Shown here in pieces: positions 9,427 through 17,808 of a stretch of 25,572 nt of DNA. A model generated the notes under the pieces. The model worked only from the letters and a program-made list of their open reading frames with translations, was not told where the DNA came from and did no database searches. The stretch comes from an uncultured bacterium. Lineage in GTDB: Bacteria; Zixibacteria; MSB-5A5; UBA10806. The stretch lies in the NCBI GenBank assembly GCA_965372205.1, contig CBDVBL010000001.1:1-25572 (forward strand). The letters are read 5' to 3'. Numbering within the stretch: position 1 is the first letter of the stretch; every line of letters begins with the position of its first letter. The translations under genes were made by a program, and so were the position numbers.

Positions 9427-10907
9427 GAAGATATATTATGTTCTTTACGGTCTCGGTCGCCGTCACCTTTGTCAGCGCTTCGGCGACAATAATAAACGTC
9501 CCGGATGATTACGAGACCATCCAACAAGGCATCGACGCCTCCACCGACGGCGATACTGTTTTGGTTCATCCGGGGACGTATGTAGAGAATATCAATTTCA
9601 ACGGGCATAATATCGTGCTGGGGTCGTTGTTTATCACCACCGGAGACACAGCCTATATTTCGCAGACCGCCATTGATGGAAATAATTCAGGAACGGCTGT
9701 GATATTTGCATCCGGGGAGGATAGCACTGCAGTCCTAAAGGGGTTCACGGTGCAAAACGGTATTTGCATTGAAGGAGGCGGCGGGATTATTTGTTATAAT
9801 TCAAGCCCTCTTATCGTCTACAACACGATCAGGAACAACAGCACCTTTGGGTGAGGGGGAGGAATCGCATGTTGGGAGTATTCCAACGCTACAATCATAA
9901 GCAACTTAATAACAAATAACTCAAGCGCTGCGTGTGGGGGCGGAATCTACTGCACAATCAACTCTGATCCCATGATTGTGAACAACACCATTATCGGCAA
10001 TTTTGCTGATTTCGGTGGGGGCGGCGTTGGTTGTGCTGAGTTTTCGGCTCCGGTAATTGCCGGCAATATCTTTATTGCAAACTCTACCAATGAGCGGGGT
10101 GGCGGGATTGGTTGCTACAATTCCAATCCTACGATCAGCAATAATACGATAAGCGGAAATTCAGCGGCAATGGGAGGCGGGATTCATTGTTTTGAATCAA
10201 GTCCTACGCTCATCAACAACACTATTAGCAGAAACACAGCGGATGTTTCAGGTGGCGGAATTTATTGCGAGTTGGTTTCCAATCCGATAATCACAAATAC
10301 CATTTTTTGGGCAGACAGCGCATCATATAGTCCTGAGATCGATTTCGATGATTCGTCATCTCCCTATTTTACATATTGCAACATTCAAGGTGGTTGGCCT
10401 GGAGAAGGGAATATCGATCTTCTTCCCCTTTTCCGAGATCCGGTGAATGGCGACTATCATCTTATGTCCGTTGTTTGTGGTGATTCGTCGGATTCCCCCT
10501 GTATCGACGCCGGAGATCCTGCGATTTTCGATAGCATTCTTGGTTGCGATTGGGGCCTTGGCGAGTTACGTAGCGATATGGGCGCCTATGGCGGCGCGCG
10601 AATTCCTACTGATGTTGACGAAGAGCAGACTCCGGAAATACCGAGGCAATTTCTCCTATCCCAGAACTACCCGAACCCGTTTAATACGTCGACTACAATA
10701 AAATACAATCTTCCCGTAGTCTCTGATGTAACTATCAACGTCTATAGCATCCTAGGGCGCAAGGTGGAGACGCTTGTTCAAGAAGAACAGCAGGCTGGGT
10801 ATTATCGGATCGTGTGGGATGCCAACGACGTATCTTCCGGCATGTATTTCTACAGGATTCAGGCGGGGGAGTATGACGAGACCAGAAAGATGGTATTGCT
10901 TAAATAG
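9423..10907 (+). pseudogene. Secreted parallel beta-helix repeat protein with T9SS C-terminal domain, interrupted by an in-frame TGA at 9852-9854
   Basis: ATG at 9423 overlaps the upstream stop (ATGA), RBS CAGGAG, signal peptide MRRYIMFFTVSVAVTFVSASA. The frame continues through the TGA (NNSTFG*GGGIACWEYSNAT...) into the 9972..10907 ORF, which ends in QNYPNPFN...MVLLK. Confidence 0.8.
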
Positions 10908-11028
10908 GGACAATTCCTAAAAAGCCGCATTTTGCGAAACAAAAAACGCGAGGTAACGGTATATATATTGTGAATAGCATCTGTTGAGCAGTACACCGGT
11001 CGCTCGTTAAAAATATAAACTGGAGGAA

Positions 11029-12534
11029 ATGATGAAGAGATTATGTTTCATTCTAATGACCTCCGCATTTTTACCCTGGTCATTGGTATCAGCCGATATC
11101 ATCCATGTCCCCGGGGATTTCCCTACCATCCAGGAAGGGATTGACGCCTGCGGAGAGGGTGATACGGTTATGGTGGCAGACGGTATCTACTACGAGAATG
11201 TCATTATAAACATGCCCATCAGCTTAATCGGCGAAAACAGGGACAATACTATCATAGACGGCTCCGGCACGGGCGATGTTGTTTTCATCGAAGCCAGCTA
11301 CGTTGTCATGCGGAGCTTCACAATCACAAACGGCGGGAGCCTGTTCGAGGATTCCGGGATCGAGATATGTAACGCCGATAATTGTGCAATCGAGCGCTGC
11401 AAATTCTACGATAACTATGCCGGCCTGTTTCTGTATTCTGCCAGCTTCAACAGTATCACAAGTTGCCGCTTTTATTCCAACAACGATGCTATTCTATTCT
11501 TTGAATCTTACTCCGGTCCTTACATGGATAACCAGGCCAATCAGATTCGTAACAACATTTTTGAAGACAACGCACACTGTGGTATCCTGTTCGAGCATAC
11601 CGGCGACACGCACCATCACCTTTCCAACCTCATACACGGGAATCGGATTTCCAGCAATGACATCGGTATATCCATGATCATGTCCGAATACAATGACATT
11701 TCCTACAATAACCTTACCGGTAACAGCAACTATGCGATTTCGCTTGGAATGTGCATGGGTGGGGGCGAATATAATACTTTCCACCATAACAATCTCATCT
11801 CCAATCACGGAGGATCGGTACAGGCTGCAGACTACGGCGGCGGGATCGATTACTGGTATTCTGACGCGGACAACGAGGGAAATCATTGGTCCGATTACAC
11901 CGGCCCCGACAACGATGGTGATGGTATCGGCGATGAGCCTTATTACATCGATGGTAACGAAAGCCAGGATCTGTACCCGTTGATGGAACGGCTGTTTGCA
12001 ATCACTCAGGGCGGCGTCTCCGACGGGTTCGAGCCGATTGAAAATGTCTATGTCCGGGCAGTTGGCACCGAGATCGACTATTACACCGGCTACGATGGCA
12101 TTTATTCACTCGAGGGCCTGGGGGCAGGCAATTACGATATTTTGTTTTCACATCCGGTATATCAGGATACGGTCATTCTCGGGGTTCCCTCGACACCCGA
12201 CCACACCACGTCGCTCGATGTTGCGATGAGCATAGAAACCGACACCGATGAAGATGATACACCCATACCCGGCAATTTTGCCCTATTCCAGAATTATCCA
12301 AATCCGTTCAACGCCACGACATCAATAAAATACAATCTGCCTGTAGCCTCTGGTGTAACTATTGAAATCTACAACATCCTCGGCCGCAAAGTCGAAACGC
12401 TTGTGCAAGGTGAGCAACCAGCGGGCTATCATCAAGTTGTCTGGGATGCCGAGGATGCTTCTTCCGGCTTTTACTTCTATAGAATTCAGGCGGGGGATTT
12501 TGCTGAGACGCGGAGGATGGTGCTGCTTAAATAG
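11029..12534 (+). CDS. Secreted NosD-like/CASH beta-helix protein with carboxypeptidase-regulatory-like beta-sandwich and T9SS C-terminal domain
   Basis: RBS GGAGG, signal peptide. IIHVPGDFPTIQEGID start, NxIxxN repeats, GNHWSDY...DGIGDEPY (NosD-like C-terminal cap), V-x-A...T..DG.Y...L..G.Y pattern, QNYPNPFN...MVLLK. Confidence 0.85.
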   Translation: MMKRLCFILMTSAFLPWSLVSADIIHVPGDFPTIQEGIDACGEGDTVMVADGIYYENVIINMPISLIGENRDNTIIDGSGTGDVVFIEASYVVMRSFTITNGGSLFEDSGIEICNADNCAIERCKFYDNYAGLFLYSASFNSITSCRFYSNNDAILFFESYSGPYMDNQANQIRNNIFEDNAHCGILFEHTGDTHHHLSNLIHGNRISSNDIGISMIMSEYNDISYNNLTGNSNYAISLGMCMGGGEYNTFHHNNLISNHGGSVQAADYGGGIDYWYSDADNEGNHWSDYTGPDNDGDGIGDEPYYIDGNESQDLYPLMERLFAITQGGVSDGFEPIENVYVRAVGTEIDYYTGYDGIYSLEGLGAGNYDILFSHPVYQDTVILGVPSTPDHTTSLDVAMSIETDTDEDDTPIPGNFALFQNYPNPFNATTSIKYNLPVASGVTIEIYNILGRKVETLVQGEQPAGYHQVVWDAEDASSGFYFYRIQAGDFAETRRMVLLK

Positions 12535-12558
12535 CCGATCCTTTTATTTTGCTGTCGT

Positions 12559-12586
12559 GCAGGGGCGTATTGCAATAAGCCCCTAC
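12559..12586. repeat. GTAG-type REP-like palindrome
   Basis: GCAGGGGCGTATTGCAATAAGCCCCTAC; the reverse strand starts GTAG and folds into an imperfect hairpin. Lies just after a gene end. Confidence 0.65.
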
Positions 12587-12703
12587 AATTCTTTGCATAA
12601 AACGAGTTTTGTCTTTTCTATTATAGCATCATTCCGGTTGCATAATTATTACACAGCGTTTATCATATTAGTGATTTAGACCCGGCACGAAGGGAGGGGA
12701 CCA

Positions 12704-15001
12704 ATCGCTACCGGCAATCCGAAACTGAGACCCGATCTCGTAATTTCCAGACAGATCGAAAACGAGATCGTCTATTATATAATTAAAGATCCCCGCACCG
12801 GGCGGTTCTTTCGTTTCAAGGAAAACGAACACACCATAGCGAACTTATTCGACGGCGCCCGCACCATAGAGGACGTGGTCTCGGAGTTTTCCCGGGTGTC
12901 CGGGGTAAAGCCACCGATAGAAGCCATAGCGAAGTTCCGTGACAGGCTGGAATCGCTGGGGCTTCTGGAGAAGGCCGAAGATGCGGGGATTGCGGCACCG
13001 ACCGATCCCGGTCTCTGGAAAAAACGTGCTCTCCTGCAGAAAATCCTCTTTATAAGAATCAAAGGTTTCGACCCTGACTCGTTCCTCGAGCGTTTCATGC
13101 CCGTGGCCCGGATTTTTTATTCTCGTTTACTGATCCCGGTTTATATCTTCCTCATATTCCTTGCCGCTTTAATTCTTCTCTCCAACCGGCTGGAACTGGC
13201 CCATCAATTGAATATGACTCTGCGGCCCGAAGTTATCCCGCTGATCTGGATCACGATATTCTTCGTAACGCTCTTTCATGAACTATCACACGGATTTACC
13301 TGCAAGCGATACGGCGGCCACGTATCGGAGATGGGGTTTTTGCTCCTTTATCTTCAGCCATGTTTTTACGCCAATGTCTCCGATGCCTATCTCTTTCCGG
13401 AAAAGAAGATGCGGGTTGCGGTCACAACCGCCGGTATCAAAAACCAGATCATCATCTGGGCCTTGGCGAGTATCGCTTGGAGAATAACCGCCCTCGATAA
13501 TATAATTAATGAAATCGCTTTCATAATTATAGCGCTCTCTTTTGTGGGTATTACATTTAATTTAAACCCGCTTTTGAAACTGGATGGCTATTACTATCTG
13601 GTGGATCGCTGGAGTATTCCCAACCTGCGCGCCAGGGCCTTCGGCTACTGGAAAGCGATTATTCTGAAGCTTCTATTCAAAATCAAACCCGACACGGAGC
13701 CGCCTTTGCGTGAAAGACGCATCTTCAGATGGTACGGACTGGCTTCTATAGCCTATTCGGCAGGGCTTTTTGGATTCATTCTCTACAAAGTCTCCGGTCT
13801 TTTCTTTTCAATACTGGGCATTTTCGGTCTGGCGGTTCTATATGGTTTCGTCTTATATTTGATCCTGGAGGCGTTAAAGAAGTCGGGGATATTAAGGATA
13901 GCCATGAGTGAAAGAGGAGCCATACTTCGCCCACGCAACTGGATCATCCTGGGGATAGCGGTGGCGGCGCTGGTTGTGCTGTCGTTTATAGTTAAGCTTG
14001 AACTGAAGATCTCCCATGATTGTCTGATATATCCCATAGAATCGCTGGCGTTGAGATCCTCCGAACCGGGTTTCGTGGAGCTTGTGCTCGACCGCGGTTC
14101 CGGCGAGAAGAGCAGCCAGAGGTTCAGCCTGGCCGGAGAGGACATGCGAGTGCTTTCCATAACACCTGCCGTAAAGGAGGGGGATTTAGTACGGGTCGGA
14201 GAGATGATTGCGAGGATAAGTTCATCGGAGCTGCAGCCGGATCTGGCGGAATCGCGCGCCGGTCTCGACCAGGCCGAATCGCAGCTTCAGCTTCTCAAAA
14301 AAGGGCCACGGCCGGAGGAGATCTCGCAGGTCGAAGATCTCATAGAGCAGGTCCGGATGAAGCTCAAGAAATCCGATTCTGATCTATCGCGGTCGGAGGA
14401 GCTGGCGGCGAAGGGAATGATACCGGCAGAAAAGCTCGAGGAGGCCAGAACCTCCAACGAGGTGCTGAAATCTGAACTTGGATTTTACAAAAAACAAAAA
14501 AAGCTCTTAAAACAAGGCGCCCGCCCGGAGGAGATCGATATCGCCGAGGCTGAGATACGGGCTATACAGGCCAAAATCGACAGGCTGGAAACTCATCTCG
14601 CCGCAGAGAATATAATCTCGCCTATAGACGGCGTGGTAACGTCGGTAAAGACCGGCTCGGAGATCCTACACGTGGCTCGCATTGACACCATGCGGGTCAG
14701 AATCCCGGTTCCGGAAAAAGAGATCAGCCCTGTTGTTCCGGGGAGAATGGTAAAATTCCGAACTCGCAGTTATCCGGGGATCACTTTCCACGGGCAGGTG
14801 ACAGTCGTGGCGGAGCAAACGGAGGCAGGCCAGCTGCAGCCGATATTCGTGGTCACCGCCGTGGCGCCGAACACAGACCGGCTTTTGAAACCAGGCATGA
14901 CCGGCCATGCCAAAATCTACTGCGGTAAACGGCCCGCCTACAAGATTCTCTTATGGCGCATCGTCCGATGGTTTCGGGTGGAGTTCTGGGGCTGGTTTTA
15001 A
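12704..15001 (+). CDS. Fusion of PqqD/RRE-like N-terminal domain, M50 (site-2) zinc metalloprotease and HlyD-type membrane-fusion adaptor
   Basis: Frame is open from 12680. SD AGGGAGG precedes ATC at 12704 (IATGNPKLRPDLVISRQ...IIKDPRTGRFFRF...LFDGARTIEDV). HELSH (HExxH) and NLNPLLKLDG M50 motifs, then VKEGDLVRVGE lipoyl-like half, coiled coil, ISPIDGVV and LKPGMTGHAKI. Start codon uncertain (ORF track uses GTG at 12875). Confidence 0.8.
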   Translation: MATGNPKLRPDLVISRQIENEIVYYIIKDPRTGRFFRFKENEHTIANLFDGARTIEDVVSEFSRVSGVKPPIEAIAKFRDRLESLGLLEKAEDAGIAAPTDPGLWKKRALLQKILFIRIKGFDPDSFLERFMPVARIFYSRLLIPVYIFLIFLAALILLSNRLELAHQLNMTLRPEVIPLIWITIFFVTLFHELSHGFTCKRYGGHVSEMGFLLLYLQPCFYANVSDAYLFPEKKMRVAVTTAGIKNQIIIWALASIAWRITALDNIINEIAFIIIALSFVGITFNLNPLLKLDGYYYLVDRWSIPNLRARAFGYWKAIILKLLFKIKPDTEPPLRERRIFRWYGLASIAYSAGLFGFILYKVSGLFFSILGIFGLAVLYGFVLYLILEALKKSGILRIAMSERGAILRPRNWIILGIAVAALVVLSFIVKLELKISHDCLIYPIESLALRSSEPGFVELVLDRGSGEKSSQRFSLAGEDMRVLSITPAVKEGDLVRVGEMIARISSSELQPDLAESRAGLDQAESQLQLLKKGPRPEEISQVEDLIEQVRMKLKKSDSDLSRSEELAAKGMIPAEKLEEARTSNEVLKSELGFYKKQKKLLKQGARPEEIDIAEAEIRAIQAKIDRLETHLAAENIISPIDGVVTSVKTGSEILHVARIDTMRVRIPVPEKEISPVVPGRMVKFRTRSYPGITFHGQVTVVAEQTEAGQLQPIFVVTAVAPNTDRLLKPGMTGHAKIYCGKRPAYKILLWRIVRWFRVEFWGWF

Positions 15002-15008
15002 TAATATG

Positions 15009-15027
15009 CGGGGAGACAAGCTCCCCG
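15009..15027. terminator. Stem-loop after the M50-HlyD gene
   Basis: CGGGGAG-ACAAG-CTCCCCG perfect 7-bp stem, without a clear U tract. Confidence 0.4.
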
Positions 15028-15410
15028 TCTACAGTGCGATATTTCTTAAATGTAGCCGACGCCATAAAGAGCTATGATAAAGATTACCTACCGTCATCCC
15101 AAACGAAGCGAGCTTCTGAAGGCTCTGAAATTAATGAAATCATCTTATAACAACCTGCAGCTCAAAAGCGGACGCCCGACCCGCTAGTCGCCCAATCCCG
15201 TCGGCGCTGACTCGAAATCTATATCCACAATCAGTAAAATATAGATACGGAAAATTCGGTAAGAATAGTCTATTTACCAGATTAGCCAGGCGGCACCGCC
15301 AATTCCCTCTTGCCCGGGCGATGTGATTTACGTACATTATATTGGCTGCAGGGCTCGACATAAAAATCGTATAGCCGATGCAATTGCCTATCTGATCGAT
15401 AGAGGATCTT

Positions 15411-16202
15411 ATGAATGACATGGCGTCTCAAATGAAAGACCACTTTGATCGAATCGCATCAGGCTACAGAAAACTTCGCAAAACAGACCGCGAGCCGGTG
15501 GAATACCTGGCAAATTTAATAGCCGACGGCGATGACGATACTCGTCTTCTGGATTTGGGCTGCGGCACCGGTCGATATACCGAAGCTCTTCTGGATTGTC
15601 TATCCAATCCGCTCAATCTTTATTGCGTTGACATAAGCGAAGAGATGTTAAGGCTTTGCCGGGATAAACTATGTAATCACCGCAGCGCAAAATCATGCTT
15701 TCTCCTGCAGGCAAAGGCGGACTCGATTCCTTTCGACAATGGATTACTCGATTTCATGGTGACCTTTAACGCCATCCATCATTTTGATATTGCGAAATTC
15801 TTCGATGAGACGGCCAGAGTATTGAGGTCCGGTGGATTCCTGGGCATCTATACCCGCTCACGCGCCCAGAATGAAAAAACCATCTGGGGGCGGTATTTCC
15901 CGGGATTCGTCGAGAGGGAGGACCGCCTGCTTTCCATCGAAGAGTTTGAGAGAATTATATCCCGGCGTAGGACCTTGCGCCTGGAAGAAATAAAAACTTA
16001 TAATTTCAAACGTGTCATATCGATTGACAGGCTGATGCAGTTAGTCTCTCGCCACCATTACTCTACTTTTAAATTTTATACGCCCGAAGAATTGAAAAAA
16101 ACAACGGCCATATTCAAGAATCGTCTGGAGAACAAATTCGCTGATCTGGAAAATATCCCGCATGACAGCAGTTATACGTTGCTTCTCGTAAGAAAAAAAT
16201 AA
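15411..16202 (+). CDS. Class I SAM-dependent methyltransferase
   Basis: LLDLGCGTG motif I, VDISEEML, IPFDNGLLDF, HHF and VLRSGG. RBS AGAGGA. Confidence 0.9.
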   Translation: MNDMASQMKDHFDRIASGYRKLRKTDREPVEYLANLIADGDDDTRLLDLGCGTGRYTEALLDCLSNPLNLYCVDISEEMLRLCRDKLCNHRSAKSCFLLQAKADSIPFDNGLLDFMVTFNAIHHFDIAKFFDETARVLRSGGFLGIYTRSRAQNEKTIWGRYFPGFVEREDRLLSIEEFERIISRRRTLRLEEIKTYNFKRVISIDRLMQLVSRHHYSTFKFYTPEELKKTTAIFKNRLENKFADLENIPHDSSYTLLLVRKK

Positions 16203-16296
16203 CAATATATTACCTACCAAAACTGGATAAATTTATACATTATGAATCGGCCGCCTGAGACTTCGAAATAAGAGCATTTTTAACGAAGGAGCTATC

Positions 16297-16425
16297 ATGT
16301 TCAGGTTGAGCAAATGGGTGATTGCCGGGGCTGTGGTTTTTGGCTTTGCTTTTATTTCTCTGGCCGAAATACCCTTCCGGATTAAGAATTTCGCCCCCCC
16401 GGGAGTCATCTCCTCCGATGGTTGA
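16297..16425 (+). pseudogene. 5' remnant of a secreted-protein gene (signal peptide only), fused to the antisense of the truncated amidohydrolase
   Basis: Not in the ORF track. RBS GAAGGAG, ATG at 16297, MFRLSKWVIAGAVVFGFAFISLA|E is a typical signal peptide. After ~16370 the frame runs into the reverse complement of the M20 gene and stops after 42 codons. Confidence 0.55.
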
Positions 16426-16835
16426 TATATGAATTTGACGTTTCCATGCATCTGGTGGCGAAGTTCGCTTAAGATCTTCGCTGCGCCGCAGACGAGCGAC
16501 ACATGAACATCGTGACCGCAGGCGTGCATCTTGCCTTTATTCCTGCTGGCGAATGAGTAGCCGGTCTTCTCAGTTACCGGCAGAGCATCCATATCCGATC
16601 TGATACCGACGGTTTTCCCCTTATGCTTGCCCTGCAGCAAACCGACCACCGCTGTTTTCCAGATTCTCGTATTGACCTTGCACCCGGCCTCCTTGAGCTT
16701 AGCGGCGATCGTTTTCTGGGTCTGGAATTCTTCCAACGCTGTTTCCGGGTGTTGGTGTAGTTTACGCCCGAGAGCGATCATGGCCGGGCCGTGCTTTTTA
16801 GCGAGCTGTTCTATTCTGGTTTTGATTGTATCCAT
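16371..16835 (-). pseudogene. 3'-truncated M20D amidohydrolase (about 155 N-terminal residues)
   Basis: LHQHPE, IRSDMDALP, MHACGHD and QPSEE motifs. Family similarity ends at GGAKFLIRKG, and the ORF tail to 16233 is antisense of another gene's signal peptide. Family members are about 390 aa. Confidence 0.8.
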
Positions 16836-16865
16836 TGTTGCTCCCGCTTCATGTATTCAACAGAT

Positions 16866-16909
16866 GAGATCGCTTCGTCATCTCGTTACGCTCGACTCCT
16901 CGCGATGAC
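16866..16909. repeat. Dispersed palindromic element of the GAGATTGCTTCG...TCGCAATGAC-like type
   Basis: GAGATCGCTTCGTCATCTCGTTACGCTCGACTCCTCGCGATGAC resembles a common intergenic REP-like family; recognised by pattern only. Confidence 0.45.
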
Positions 16910-16919
16910 GAGGAAAGTC

Positions 16920-16987
16920 TTTAGTAGGTCAGGAACTGACATTCAATGCCCTCTTTTGTCAGGCCGCAAGCGGCCTGACCTACTAAA
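16920..16987. repeat. REPIN-like inverted doublet of GTAG REPs, copy 1
   Basis: Outer inverted repeat TTTAGTAGGTCAGG / CCTGACCTACTAAA. Inner hairpin CAGGCCGC-AA-GCGGCCTG. 16932-16983 matches 17751-17802 at 50 of 52 bases. Confidence 0.75.
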
Positions 16988-16998
16988 ACCACAGAATT

Positions 16999-17697
16999 TC
17001 ATCGGGATTGGAACGACATGTCAATTATAGATAGGCTATCACGGCTTTTCGTTTGAATGACTATATCATTCCCGACGGCCAAGAGACCGGTTGTGAATTC
17101 TATTTTATTGTTTGCTGTCAAAATGAGATTAGAACCTTGTTCCCTAACGAAAGCACCATCAAAATAATGTTTGGCACTTAATAACGATTTGTCAAATTCA
17201 AGCTTTATATTTATATCTCGCACGGCTACGGGGTATTCAGAACCAAAATAAAATCTGGTAATGTAAGTGCCGTCCTTTGAATTTACGGACTTCACTGCTT
17301 TTAAAAATCTAATTTTCGATTCCATTTTTGATATTTTTAAAATAAGTTGCTTTATTGCAAGGTTTTCGCTAAGGCCAGGGAAATTCTCATTTGCAAGTTT
17401 TATTACGGGTTCCAGTTCAGCGGATAGTCTTTCCACCTCACTTCTTAAAGTATCATTTTGAGTGATGACAAATTGATTTAAGATGTGAATAGAATCATAC
17501 CTACTCTGATATTGAGCTTCGCGCGAGTCCTGGGCAGATTTTTGCCCAATCTGCACTATGACTAAGGCGGCCGCCATTAGTATGATTAAAGCCACCAGCC
17601 AAAGTTTTCCTTTTAATTTATCCCAATTAATGAAAAGGGAAAAAATATATCCTAGAAGTCCCAAAAGTATGATGGCAACGGTCAAGAGATATTCCAT
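16999..17697 (-). CDS. Hypothetical membrane protein (two N-terminal TM helices, helical linker, beta-rich C-terminal domain)
   Basis: 232-aa ORF, RBS GGAGG, hydrophobic segments near residues 3-22 and 30-50. Visibly more AT-rich than nnr next to it. Confidence 0.7.
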   Translation of the reverse strand: MEYLLTVAIILLGLLGYIFSLFINWDKLKGKLWLVALIILMAAALVIVQIGQKSAQDSREAQYQSRYDSIHILNQFVITQNDTLRSEVERLSAELEPVIKLANENFPGLSENLAIKQLILKISKMESKIRFLKAVKSVNSKDGTYITRFYFGSEYPVAVRDINIKLEFDKSLLSAKHYFDGAFVREQGSNLILTANNKIEFTTGLLAVGNDIVIQTKSRDSLSIIDMSFQSR

Positions 17698-17733
17698 GGG
17701 CCCTTCCCCCTCCTCCAGCGCTCTCAGCTAGAT

Positions 17734-17802
17734 GTAGGTCAGTTCCCCCGGGAACTGACATTCAATGCCCTCTTTTGTCAGGCCGCAGGCGGCCTGGCCT
17801 AC
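17734..17802. repeat. REPIN-like inverted doublet of GTAG REPs, copy 2
   Basis: GTAG-GTCAGTTCC-CCCG-GGAACTGAC hairpin, short spacer, then inverted GTCAGGCCGC-AG-GCGGCCTGGC-CTAC. Confidence 0.75.
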
Positions 17803-17808
17803 AAGATA

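Noticed and set aside
9852-9854. Selenocysteine at the in-frame TGA
   Set aside because: The aligned paralog position is Trp in a GGG-rich structural turn, not a catalytic Cys, and I see no convincing SECIS-like hairpin right after it.
15144-15200. attC-like sequence (…GAGCTGCAGGTTGTTATAA on the minus strand)
   Set aside because: Only one half resembles an attC end. No complementary half-site, cassette array or integrase is visible.
15140-15421. 93-aa minus-strand ORF
   Set aside because: No RBS or recognisable motif, and it overlaps the methyltransferase start; probably spurious.
16920-17802. CRISPR array or IS terminal repeats
   Set aside because: Only two copies, separated by a full gene, with no cas or transposase gene. 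The internal GTAG hairpins fit REP doublets better.
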